From: Candidatus Omnitrophota bacterium
GTDB lineage: Bacteria; Omnitrophota; Gorgyraeia; Duberdicusellales; 4484-171
DNA: 32,000 nucleotides
NCBI GenBank assembly: GCA_021735045.1
Contig: JAIPHU010000006.1
Span: 1 to 32,000 of the forward strand
Direction: 5' to 3'
Numbering within the stretch: the stretch's first letter is position 1; every line of letters starts with the position of its first letter. Both the position numbers and the translations under genes were made by a program. Below are positions 1 to 6,840 of this stretch, one piece after another. Under the pieces are notes generated by a model. The model searched no databases, was not told the DNA's origin, and was given only the letters and a program-made list of their open reading frames with translations.

Positions 1-63
1 TAGTGCCTCTTGCTGTTTTAATTTTATTTATATTAATAAGCCTATTATTTTTTAGATAAAAAC

Positions 64-141
64 ATCTAACAACTCATTCGAGCTGACCTTTTTGCGCCGC
101 AAAATCAGCTTCGAAAAGGCAGCTCAATTCGAATGTTATCT
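64..141 (+). repeat. attC site 1
   Basis: ATCTAAC (fits RYYYAAC) at 64-70, followed by AACTC. GTTATCT lies at 135-141, preceded by TCGAAT. The inner arms ATT[C]GAGCTG and CAGCTCAAT pair, leaving one bulged C on the + strand. Confidence 0.75.
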
Positions 142-160
142 GGAGAAAATAATTAAAAAG

Positions 161-355
161 ATGAAAATATTTATTATATTTTTCGGAACAATTCTAATAA
201 TAAATGGCACACTTATTATTAAACACAAAAAATATGGTCAGGAAGAAGGTTTGCCATTCGGCAATTGCTTCGAGGGCAAAACAGCTATTGTTATAGGTTA
301 CATATTAGCTTCTATAGGAATTCTCTTATTGATTATTGGAATATTTTACTGGTGA
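161..355 (+). CDS. Small hypothetical membrane protein (64 aa, two hydrophobic segments); cassette ORF
   Basis: This is the ORF-track frame 92..355. I trimmed the start to ATG 161 because residues encoded by 92-160 lie inside attC 1. The product MKIFIIFFGTILIINGTLII...IGILLLIIGIFYW is hydrophobic. Confidence 0.5.
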   Translation: MKIFIIFFGTILIINGTLIIKHKKYGQEEGLPFGNCFEGKTAIVIGYILASIGILLLIIGIFYW

Positions 356-426
356 TATAATTTAATTAACAATCAAAAATAAAAAAGCGATATAAAAATA
401 ATAAAATAGATATTTTTTGGAAGAAA

Positions 427-435
427 TGATATAAT
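427..435 (+). promoter_or_regulatory. Extended -10 promoter (TGATATAAT) for the MNT/HEPN pair; probably a leaderless transcript
   Basis: TG at 427-428 and TATAAT at 430-435. The ATG at 442 lies 6 nt downstream, with no room for a Shine-Dalgarno sequence. Confidence 0.45.
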
Positions 436-441
436 TTATCT

Positions 442-711
442 ATGATTAGCGAAAAAGATAAAAGAATAATCAGAAAATTATCGGAAAAATACCATGTAAG
501 AAAAGTGTTACTTTTTGGTTCTAGCTTAGACCCTGCCCAAGAAGGACGTGACATCGACTTGGCTGTAGAAGGCATTGATCCTCGGAAATTTTTTAAGTAT
601 TATGGGGATCTTATGTTCGGTTTATCCAAACCTGTTGATTTAATTGACCTATCTGATAAATCAAAATTTGTAACCCTGGTTAGAAGGGACGGTGTGCAAA
701 TATATGGCTAG
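442..711 (+). CDS. mntA: Minimal nucleotidyltransferase (MNT) antitoxin of a type VII HEPN/MNT toxin-antitoxin pair
   Basis: LFGSS...GRDIDLAV matches the GS...DxD nucleotidyltransferase motif. The protein is 89 aa and overlaps the downstream HEPN gene by 8 nt. Confidence 0.8.
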   Translation: MISEKDKRIIRKLSEKYHVRKVLLFGSSLDPAQEGRDIDLAVEGIDPRKFFKYYGDLMFGLSKPVDLIDLSDKSKFVTLVRRDGVQIYG

Positions 712-1117
712 CTATAAAGAAATGATCGAGGCCGAATATGAAGCAATTGAAAAAACAATTTCAATGTTGCCAAAAAAGCCTCTTGCTCAATTGTCCGAAT
801 TGGAGCTTGCCGGAGTATCAACACTGCTAAGCAATTTTTATAACGGCACAGAAAATATTTTAAAACAATTATTCAAAAAGTTATCTTTGGAAGTGCCTAC
901 CGGCCCGGCTTGGCACCAAAGCTTAGTTATCGGTGCAGTCCAAGAAAAAATTCTCTCTAAAGAACTCGCTGACAGGATTAAAGAATACCTTACCTTTAGA
1001 CATGTTGTAGCTCACGGATATGCTTTCAATTTAAAGCCCGAAAGACTCCAAGAACTTATAAATAATGTTTCGGAAATATTTAAAGATTTTAAAAAAGAAA
1101 TAAATAAATCCATATAA
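704..1117 (+). CDS. hepT: HEPN-domain (DUF86/HepT-like) RNase toxin
   Basis: FRHVVAHGY matches the Rx4HxY HEPN catalytic motif. The gene is paired with the upstream MNT. I chose ATG 704 over GTG 692 because the AAGGGA at 684-689 is better spaced for it. The stop codon lies inside the R'' box of attC 2. Confidence 0.75.
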   Translation: MASYKEMIEAEYEAIEKTISMLPKKPLAQLSELELAGVSTLLSNFYNGTENILKQLFKKLSLEVPTGPAWHQSLVIGAVQEKILSKELADRIKEYLTFRHVVAHGYAFNLKPERLQELINNVSEIFKDFKKEINKSI

Positions 1118-1185
1118 CAACTCACTCCACCTGACCCTCGCAGCGCGTTAACTAAAGCTCGGGCAGGTGAGTTCAAATGTTAGGT
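1112..1185 (+). repeat. attC site 2
   Basis: ATATAAC at 1112-1118 plus AACTC. GTTAGGT at 1179-1185 is an exact GTTRRRY. ACTC[C]ACCTG[A]CCC pairs with GGGCAGGTGAGT, leaving a bulged C and a bulged A on the + strand. Confidence 0.8.
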
Positions 1186-1218
1186 GTAAAGAATAATTGA
1201 GAAAGGAGGAGAAAAAAA

Positions 1219-1551
1219 ATGAAAAAGAAAGAAAGAATGAATTTAATTATAGGGTGTATAATTTTACTTTTTTTAATTGGACGCTCCGCTGTTGGTATTA
1301 CGCAGAATACTGAAAAAGTTAATATACCTCAAGAATCGAAAAATCTTTTTGTTTTTTTGAATTTATTTTTATTAATCTTTGGGTTAAGTTTTGCGATTTT
1401 TGGAAAAAAACTAGCAAATTATTTTTATAAAAATGTTGCTGGATTAAAAAATAAGTTTTCCTTAAAATATTTATCGACAGGCATGATAATGATTGGAGTA
1501 GGGTCAAGCATATTTGCAACATTGTCTTTTGTAAAACTTATTTTAAAATAA
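1219..1551 (+). CDS. Hypothetical membrane protein (110 aa, about 3 TM); cassette ORF
   Basis: A strong SD (GAAAGGAGGAG) precedes the ATG. There are hydrophobic segments and I recognise no motif. Confidence 0.55.
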   Translation: MKKKERMNLIIGCIILLFLIGRSAVGITQNTEKVNIPQESKNLFVFLNLFLLIFGLSFAIFGKKLANYFYKNVAGLKNKFSLKYLSTGMIMIGVGSSIFATLSFVKLILK

Positions 1552-1580
1552 ATAACAGTTGGATGTCTAAGGGGGGGCAA

Positions 1581-2090
1581 ATGAAAAGAGATAGGTCGAA
1601 AGGAGTAACATTTTGGGGATGGACATTTATTATTATTGGAATTTTTGGTTTATTGTTAACTATTTTATTATTTAATAAATTTATCAACTATCAAGGCGAA
1701 ATACCTAAAAAACAGATTTCTTATTTTTGGGATTTTTTAGCATTTTCTTTATCTATCGTCGGAGGAATTTATTTATTAAAACTAAAAAATTGGGCGAGGT
1801 GGATGATATTAATTCTCTGCTTTCTGGGGATAGTAGATACTATCTTAACTTCACCTATTGTATTTAATAATTCTGCAGTTGAACAAAAACAAGAAGAACT
1901 TATTAAAAAATATAAACCTGAACATCAACAAAAAGTTAGAAAACAAATGGAGTGTATGGATAAAACATTGCCTTTTGTTAACTATTTTACTATTTTTATA
2001 TTTATAATTTTGTATTTATGCCCGATTATTTTTTTCACTCGTCCTAAAGTAAAAGAACAATTTAAAAATAAAATAGATAAGATTCAATAA
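1581..2090 (+). CDS. Hypothetical membrane protein (about 169 aa, about 4 TM); second gene of the same cassette
   Basis: The ORF-track frame starts at 1563. ATG 1581 is preferred because the G-rich SD (AAGGGGGGG) precedes it. There is no attC between this gene and the previous one. Confidence 0.5.
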   Translation: MKRDRSKGVTFWGWTFIIIGIFGLLLTILLFNKFINYQGEIPKKQISYFWDFLAFSLSIVGGIYLLKLKNWARWMILILCFLGIVDTILTSPIVFNNSAVEQKQEELIKKYKPEHQQKVRKQMECMDKTLPFVNYFTIFIFIILYLCPIIFFTRPKVKEQFKNKIDKIQ

Positions 2091-2097
2091 ATTAAAC

Positions 2098-2194
2098 TCA
2101 TAACAACTCACCCCAGCGGACCCAACTTCGCCCTAGATAGAGTTGGGGGCAATTCCTACGGGCTACGTAGGGCCGCTGAGTTCGGATGTTAGGT
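2098..2194 (+). repeat. attC site 3
   Basis: TCATAAC at 2098-2104 plus AACTC. GTTAGGT at 2188-2194. ACCC[C]AGCGG[A]CCC pairs with GGGCCGCTGAGT. The central region holds two inner hairpins (CCCAACT/AGTTGGG and CCTACG/CGTAGG). Confidence 0.8.
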
Positions 2195-2221
2195 AGAAAA
2201 AGTATTAAAAAAGGAGGGCTC

Positions 2222-3205
2222 ATGAAAAATTTTAAATTTCCACTATGCTTATTGCTTGCAATGTTTTTGTTGTGTTTATCTTTTATTTCTTACAGCCAAG
2301 AAAACTATGACACTGAAAATTTTACAAAAAACATAATGGAGGCAGCAAAAGCTGGCCGTATGGGGCGACTAAACGCAAGGTTTACTTGTCCCCGTTATTT
2401 ACTAAGATATAGCATGACTTTATATAATGTAGGCAGCAGAGAAAATGCTATTGAAATAGCAACAGTTGCAAAAACAATAGCATCTCTCGTAAAAAAAGCT
2501 CTAGCTGTAAATTATATAAGTGATTTAGAAGCAAAGACATTCGCTAAAGAAATAAATGATCCAAAAATTAAATCTAAAATGATAGATTACACAACAGCTT
2601 TAAAAAATGCAGCCGCAGCACATATAAAATATTTTAAAACCGGTGACAAAGACATAATCTATACGATAGATGAATATCTTGATAAAGCTTTCCAGTATGA
2701 CAGTGATTTAGAAAAAATATTAAAAAAACCAATTATTACTAATGCCGCTCGCATAATGTTTAACGCTGTTTATTATTGTCCGCGGTGGCTGACAACTTTG
2801 GCTGAATCCTATATGGATTATGCTATTGAAGGGGAATACGCATCAAGAGGCTATAGGAAAGATTTTGTACTTTGCCCGGACTGCATAAAGCTTACTAAGT
2901 GTGCAAAAGATATAAACGACGTATGGTCAGAAAACTTAAAGAGAACTTCAGATAAAGATATAGATCCAAATTATAAAAAAGTTTGCCTAGAATATACAGA
3001 TACTTTTAAAAAGTATTCAGGTTGTCAAATGGAATTTTTGAAGCTCGGCGAAAAAATTATGAAATCGCCTTTAAAAAAAGAAATTCCTACTGAAATTACA
3101 TCAAAAGTCAATAAAGACCTCTGTCCTAATTTAAATAAAGATTACCAAAAAAAATTATTTCCGCTTATGGAAAAAATAAATAATTTTGTTTATAAAAAAG
3201 AATAA
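2222..3205 (+). CDS. Secreted Cys-rich hypothetical protein (327 aa) with an internal duplication; cassette ORF
   Basis: The start was trimmed to ATG 2222, which has the SD AAAGGAGGG; the 2186 start lies inside attC 3. There is an N-terminal signal-like segment (LCLLLAMFLLCLSFISYS). The motif NA.[FY].CPR[YW]L occurs twice. Confidence 0.6.
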   Translation: MKNFKFPLCLLLAMFLLCLSFISYSQENYDTENFTKNIMEAAKAGRMGRLNARFTCPRYLLRYSMTLYNVGSRENAIEIATVAKTIASLVKKALAVNYISDLEAKTFAKEINDPKIKSKMIDYTTALKNAAAAHIKYFKTGDKDIIYTIDEYLDKAFQYDSDLEKILKKPIITNAARIMFNAVYYCPRWLTTLAESYMDYAIEGEYASRGYRKDFVLCPDCIKLTKCAKDINDVWSENLKRTSDKDIDPNYKKVCLEYTDTFKKYSGCQMEFLKLGEKIMKSPLKKEIPTEITSKVNKDLCPNLNKDYQKKLFPLMEKINNFVYKKE

Positions 3206-3227
3206 ATAAATATTTCATATTCATTCT

Positions 3228-3318
3228 ACATAACAACTCACTCCAGCGGACCCAAAAGCGGCCCTAAATAAAATTATAGAAGAACCCGCTTTTGTGCCGC
3301 TGAGTTCGAATGTTATGG
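3228..3318 (+). repeat. attC site 4
   Basis: ACATAAC at 3228-3234 plus AACTC. GTTATGG at 3312-3318, preceded by GAGTTCGAAT. ACTC[C]AGCGG[A]C pairs with GCCGCTGAGT, and the stem continues as AAAAGCGG/CCGCTTTT. Confidence 0.8.
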
Positions 3319-3345
3319 GGAATAGACTAAAAAAATGAAAATATC

Positions 3346-3374
3346 TTGACATGTACATCTAAATAATGTACAAT
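3346..3374 (+). promoter_or_regulatory. Sigma70-type promoter of the brnTA cassette (TTGACA-17 nt-TACAAT) with a repeated ATGTACA box
   Basis: TTGACA at 3346-3351, TACAAT at 3369-3374, and a spacer of exactly 17 nt. ATGTACA occurs at 3351-3357 and again at 3366-3372, which is a possible operator. The GTG start at 3381 lies 6 nt after the -10. Confidence 0.6.
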
Positions 3375-3380
3375 TGAATT

Positions 3381-3659
3381 GTGAGATACGAGTGGAATCC
3401 CGAAAAAAACGAATGGCTTAAAGAGAAAAGAAATATTTCTTTTGAGCAAATTGTTTTCCATCTATCTCAAGGTGATGTCTGGAGAAAGTCTGATCATCCA
3501 GACAAAAAAAGATATAATAAGCAAAAAATATATTTTGTCATCGTTGAAAATTATATTTATTTAGTACCACATATTGTTGAAAAGGAATATATATTTTTAA
3601 AGACGATAATTCCCAGTAGAAAGGCAACTAAAATGTATAAAAGAGAGCAGGAGGGTTAA
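3381..3659 (+). CDS. brnT: BrnT-family (DUF497) ribonuclease toxin
   Basis: MRYEWNPEKNEWLKEKRNISFEQI is a typical DUF497/BrnT N-terminus. The protein is 92 aa and is immediately followed by a BrnA-like gene. Confidence 0.8.
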   Translation: MRYEWNPEKNEWLKEKRNISFEQIVFHLSQGDVWRKSDHPDKKRYNKQKIYFVIVENYIYLVPHIVEKEYIFLKTIIPSRKATKMYKREQEG

Positions 3660-3661
3660 TT

Positions 3662-3970
3662 ATGAAATACGAAAAGGAAGAAAAATACATATTGAATGCT
3701 TTAGAAGACGGAAAAATAAAGCTTTCTAAACCATCAAAAGAAGAGATAGAATCAATTAAAACAGCCGCTAATAATACTTTTAAAAAAAACCGTCGGATTA
3801 CAATTAGACTTTACAACCATGATTTTATAGGAATCCAAAAAAAAGCAGTTGAAATGGGCATACCTTACCAGACACTGATTTCAGGCATAATCCATAGGTA
3901 TATTGAAGGCGATATAAAAATAAAGCCCCATAACAACTCACCCCAGCGGACCCAACTTCGCCCTAGATAG
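3662..3970 (+). CDS. brnA: BrnA-family antitoxin (CopG/RHH-like)
   Basis: RITIRL...KKAVEMGIPYQTLISGIIHRYIEG matches the BrnA consensus. The SD AGGAGGG is present. The last ~14 codons (from 3928) are encoded by attC 5. Confidence 0.8.
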   Translation: MKYEKEEKYILNALEDGKIKLSKPSKEEIESIKTAANNTFKKNRRITIRLYNHDFIGIQKKAVEMGIPYQTLISGIIHRYIEGDIKIKPHNNSPQRTQLRPR

Positions 3971-3984
3971 AGTTGGGGGCAATT
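3928..3984 (+). repeat. attC site 5, truncated (R''/L'' half only)
   Basis: Positions 3929-3984 are identical base for base to 2099-2154 of attC 3. The sequence then diverges, and no L'/R' (GAGTT..GTTRRRY) half follows. Confidence 0.75.
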
Positions 3985-4217
3985 AGAGTTTTCTGAAAAA
4001 ATTTTCTAATATCTATGTGAGCTCACAGAGCCTGCTTTGCAAGGAAGCGACCCTTTGCAGTTTCGAGAACAAAACACTTAATTATTGAAAGTGTTCCCAC
4101 CAAAAGTAAATATAGTCTTACCGCTAACATCTGGAAAAAGAGAAAATTAATGCGATTAAAAGTGCTTGAGCTCCGCTGTATTTCTGTTAAAATCCTTCTT
4201 AGCTATCTTTTGATTGT

Positions 4218-4289
4218 GCCAAGGTAGCTCAGGGGAAGAGCAGGGCATTCGTAATGCTCAGGCCGAGAGTTCGAATCTCTCCCTTGGCT
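4218..4289 (+). tRNA. tRNA-Thr (anticodon CGU), no encoded CCA
   Basis: The cloverleaf folds by hand. Acceptor stem GCCAAGG/CCTTGGC. D stem GCTC/GAGC. Anticodon stem GGGCA/TGCTC with loop TTCGTAA. A 5-nt variable loop. T arm GAGAG-TTCGAAT-CTCTC. Confidence 0.9.
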
Positions 4290-4304
4290 TATTTATAGAT
4301 AATT

Positions 4305-5579
4305 ATGATAATTCCTTATTTTAAAATCCTCGCGAAAAGAAATTTTACTTTACTCTGGTCTGGCCAAATAACCTCCCAGTTTGGCGACAAGCTGACTCAA
4401 CTTGCCTTAGTCTCGTTGGTAGGATTTTTCTTTAAAGATTCATCTAGCTTAGGATTAGCCGTTATCTTTAGCATGACCATCATTCCGGTGATTCTATTTT
4501 CTCCGGTAACCGGCGTTTATGTGGATCGCTGGGACAAAAGAAAAACGATGTATCTCTGTGACTTTTTTCGCGGAGTATTAATCATCCTCATCCCAATTTT
4601 ATTTTTAAAAGCTGTCTACTTTCCTTTAATTTGTTTGATAGTTTTTATTTCTGCTACTTTGGGACGATTCTTTATCCCCGCTAAAATGGCATTTATCCCT
4701 CAGATAACTGAAAAAAAAGATATTTTTATCGCAAATACTTTAGTTTCAGTAACTGCAACTACCGCGGCTATCTTTGGGATTGGACTAGGTGGGATTATTG
4801 TCGATAGCTTAGGCCTTAAGGCTACCTTTTACATTGATGCGATAACTTTTTTTGCTTCGGCAATATTTATTTTCTTTATTGCTAAAACTGAAAAAAAACA
4901 CTTTTCTCCCAATGATATTGTAGGCATCAGTCGAGAGGTAGTGGAAAATATAAAAAAGTCATTCGTAAAGGAATTGACCGAAGGGATCAAATACATCCTT
5001 GCCACAAAAGAAACCAAATATGCTTTTAGAACTTTTTTGTTTTTATTTTCTTACTTAGGGGGGATTTCTACAGTTTATATTCGTTTTATTCAAAATACAA
5101 TCGGCACCTCTTCTCAAGAAGTAAAAGAAGTTGCCTTTATCGGTATATTTTTGGGAGCAGGAATATTTATTGGTTCCCTAATTTACGGAAGATTTGCTCA
5201 TAAAATATCAATAAAAAAAGTGATCGACCTATCTTCATTGACTGCTTCTTTTTTTCTCCTATTTTTTGTGCTCTGGATTAAACATAATCCTTATATTTTA
5301 CACGCGATGGCTCTTTCTTTCTTTTGGGGAATTTCGCTTTCACCGATTTTTATTGGCGTAAATAGTTTGATTCACAACACAACAAAGGAAGCTCTGTTAG
5401 GTAGAATTTTCAGCAGCTTGGAATTTATCGCTCACCTCGGTTTTTTAATCACAATGTTTATAGCTTCCTTTTTATCAGACTTACTGAACCCCTTTACAAT
5501 AATAACTTCAATTGGTATAATTGGTTCCATTTTTTCAGTGATTTTTTTAATAAAAGATGCTAAAAGTCAAAGAATTTAA
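4305..5579 (+). CDS. MFS transporter (about 12 TM)
   Basis: The protein is 424 aa and hydrophobic throughout. The N-terminus NFTLLWSGQITSQFGDKLTQLAL and the motif DRWDKRK after TM2 are MFS-like. The 3' end overlaps rnfC by 23 nt. Confidence 0.75.
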   Translation: MIIPYFKILAKRNFTLLWSGQITSQFGDKLTQLALVSLVGFFFKDSSSLGLAVIFSMTIIPVILFSPVTGVYVDRWDKRKTMYLCDFFRGVLIILIPILFLKAVYFPLICLIVFISATLGRFFIPAKMAFIPQITEKKDIFIANTLVSVTATTAAIFGIGLGGIIVDSLGLKATFYIDAITFFASAIFIFFIAKTEKKHFSPNDIVGISREVVENIKKSFVKELTEGIKYILATKETKYAFRTFLFLFSYLGGISTVYIRFIQNTIGTSSQEVKEVAFIGIFLGAGIFIGSLIYGRFAHKISIKKVIDLSSLTASFFLLFFVLWIKHNPYILHAMALSFFWGISLSPIFIGVNSLIHNTTKEALLGRIFSSLEFIAHLGFLITMFIASFLSDLLNPFTIITSIGIIGSIFSVIFLIKDAKSQRI

Positions 5580-6840
5580 GTACCCTCAACATAATCTTGA
5601 AACTGAAAAGTTTTTATCAGCAGAAAAACTCTACCTGCCTCTTTCTCAACACACCGGAAAACCTTCTAAAGCTTGTGTCCAAAAAGACCAAATAGTCCAA
5701 AAGAATCAAATAATCGCTGAAAATGATGGTTTTATTTCAGCCTCACTTCATGCTCCTGTGAAAGCAAAAGTTTCTGAAATAAAAAAACATTTTCACCCCA
5801 AGTTTGGTAAAATTAAAACTATAGTTCTTTCTGCTTTAGGCAAAACTAAAGATGAACCCCTTAATCAATCTACCGGGCCAAATCAATCCCGAAAAGATAA
5901 ACTATTAGCTGCTATCGCTAAAGCTGGAATAGTGGGGATGGGGGGTGCAGGTTTTCCTACTCAGGTAAAGTTAAAACCACCTAAAGGTATTAATACTTTA
6001 ATAATTAATGGTTGTGAATGCGAGCCATACCTTGCTTCTGATTGCCGCCTGATGCTTGAAAATTTAGAAGAAATAGTTAAAGGAGTGGAGATAATTTCTA
6101 AAATAGTTGAACCAAAAGAAATAATTTTTGCAGTTGAGGAAAATAAAAAAGAAGTCATAAAAAAAATTAATCTTTTTATTAACACCAAAAAAAACTCTTC
6201 TCAAAAGATAAAATTAAAAGTTTTAAAATCAAGATATCCTCAAGGGGGAGAAAAACAGTTAATTTATTCTGTAACCAAAAGAAAAGTTTCCGGCCAGATG
6301 CTTCCCTTTGATCTTGGCTGTATGGTAAATAATGTAGCAACCTGTTTTGCTATTTATGAAGCGGTTTATTTTAATCAACCTCTAACCAGGCGTATTGTAA
6401 CTTTTGCCGGAGACGCTTTAATTGAACCAAAAAACCTTTGGGTAAATATTGGCACTACCTTGGCTGAATTAATTGAAAAGAAAGTCATTGAACTCAAAAA
6501 AGATCCTAAAAAAATAATATTTGGTGGCCCAATGATGGGAGATACAATCACTAACTTAAAAACTCCGATTTTAAAAACAACAAGTGGTGTATTATTTCTA
6601 GAAAAACTATCTGAAAAAAAAGAAGAATCAGCTTGTATAAGATGTGGCCGTTGTATAAACTCCTGTCCAATGAATCTTATGCCGCTTGAATATGTAAAAA
6701 TGGTAAAAAAGAAAAAATATCAAGGGTTAAAAGATTACTACATAAAAGATTGTATTGAATGTGGTTGTTGCAGCTACGTTTGTCCAGCTCAAATACCAAT
6801 TTTAGATTATATAAAATTAGGCAAGGAGCAGATAAAATGA
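5557..6840 (+). CDS. rnfC: Rnf complex subunit C (ferredoxin:NAD+ oxidoreductase)
   Basis: GMGGAGFPT NADH/FMN-site motif. Two 4Fe-4S motifs, CIRCGRCINSCP and CIECGCCSYVCP. It sits at the head of an rnf operon. Confidence 0.9.
   Translation: MLKVKEFKYPQHNLETEKFLSAEKLYLPLSQHTGKPSKACVQKDQIVQKNQIIAENDGFISASLHAPVKAKVSEIKKHFHPKFGKIKTIVLSALGKTKDEPLNQSTGPNQSRKDKLLAAIAKAGIVGMGGAGFPTQVKLKPPKGINTLIINGCECEPYLASDCRLMLENLEEIVKGVEIISKIVEPKEIIFAVEENKKEVIKKINLFINTKKNSSQKIKLKVLKSRYPQGGEKQLIYSVTKRKVSGQMLPFDLGCMVNNVATCFAIYEAVYFNQPLTRRIVTFAGDALIEPKNLWVNIGTTLAELIEKKVIELKKDPKKIIFGGPMMGDTITNLKTPILKTTSGVLFLEKLSEKKEESACIRCGRCINSCPMNLMPLEYVKMVKKKKYQGLKDYYIKDCIECGCCSYVCPAQIPILDYIKLGKEQIK

Larger units (their letters stand above)
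1..3984 (+). mobile_element. Integron-type gene cassette array (at least 5 cassettes; left end runs off the window; no intI or attI in the window)
   Basis: Five attC-like elements lie in the same orientation, directly 3' of each gene or gene pair, about 1.0-1.1 kb apart. All ORFs are on the + strand. The cargo is typical of cassettes: TA pairs and small unknown membrane or secreted proteins. Inferred G/TT crossover points are 135/136, 1179/1180, 2188/2189 and 3312/3313. Confidence 0.8.

Noticed and set aside
92-160. N-terminal 23 codons of the ORF-track entry 92..355
   Set aside because: This stretch lies inside attC 1 (64-141) and encodes a non-hydrophobic, arbitrary-looking peptide. The in-frame ATG at 161 begins the hydrophobic protein proper.
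356-441. A possible missing attC between the small TM ORF and the MNT gene (TTAATTAACAATC resembles an R'' box)
   Set aside because: There is no complementary L'/R' half and no GC-rich stem. The region is better read as an AT-rich promoter region.
64-3984. Regularly spaced repeats considered as a possible CRISPR array
   Set aside because: The repeats are 74-97 nt long, imperfect and internally palindromic. They are about 1 kb apart, with complete genes between them. This fits attC cassettes, not CRISPR.
4267-4276. GAGTTCGAAT in the tRNA-Thr T-arm is identical to the L'-spacer string of attC 4 (3302-3311)
   Set aside because: The TTCGAAT part is the near-universal tRNA T-loop consensus. No other attC features flank it, so it is most likely coincidence.
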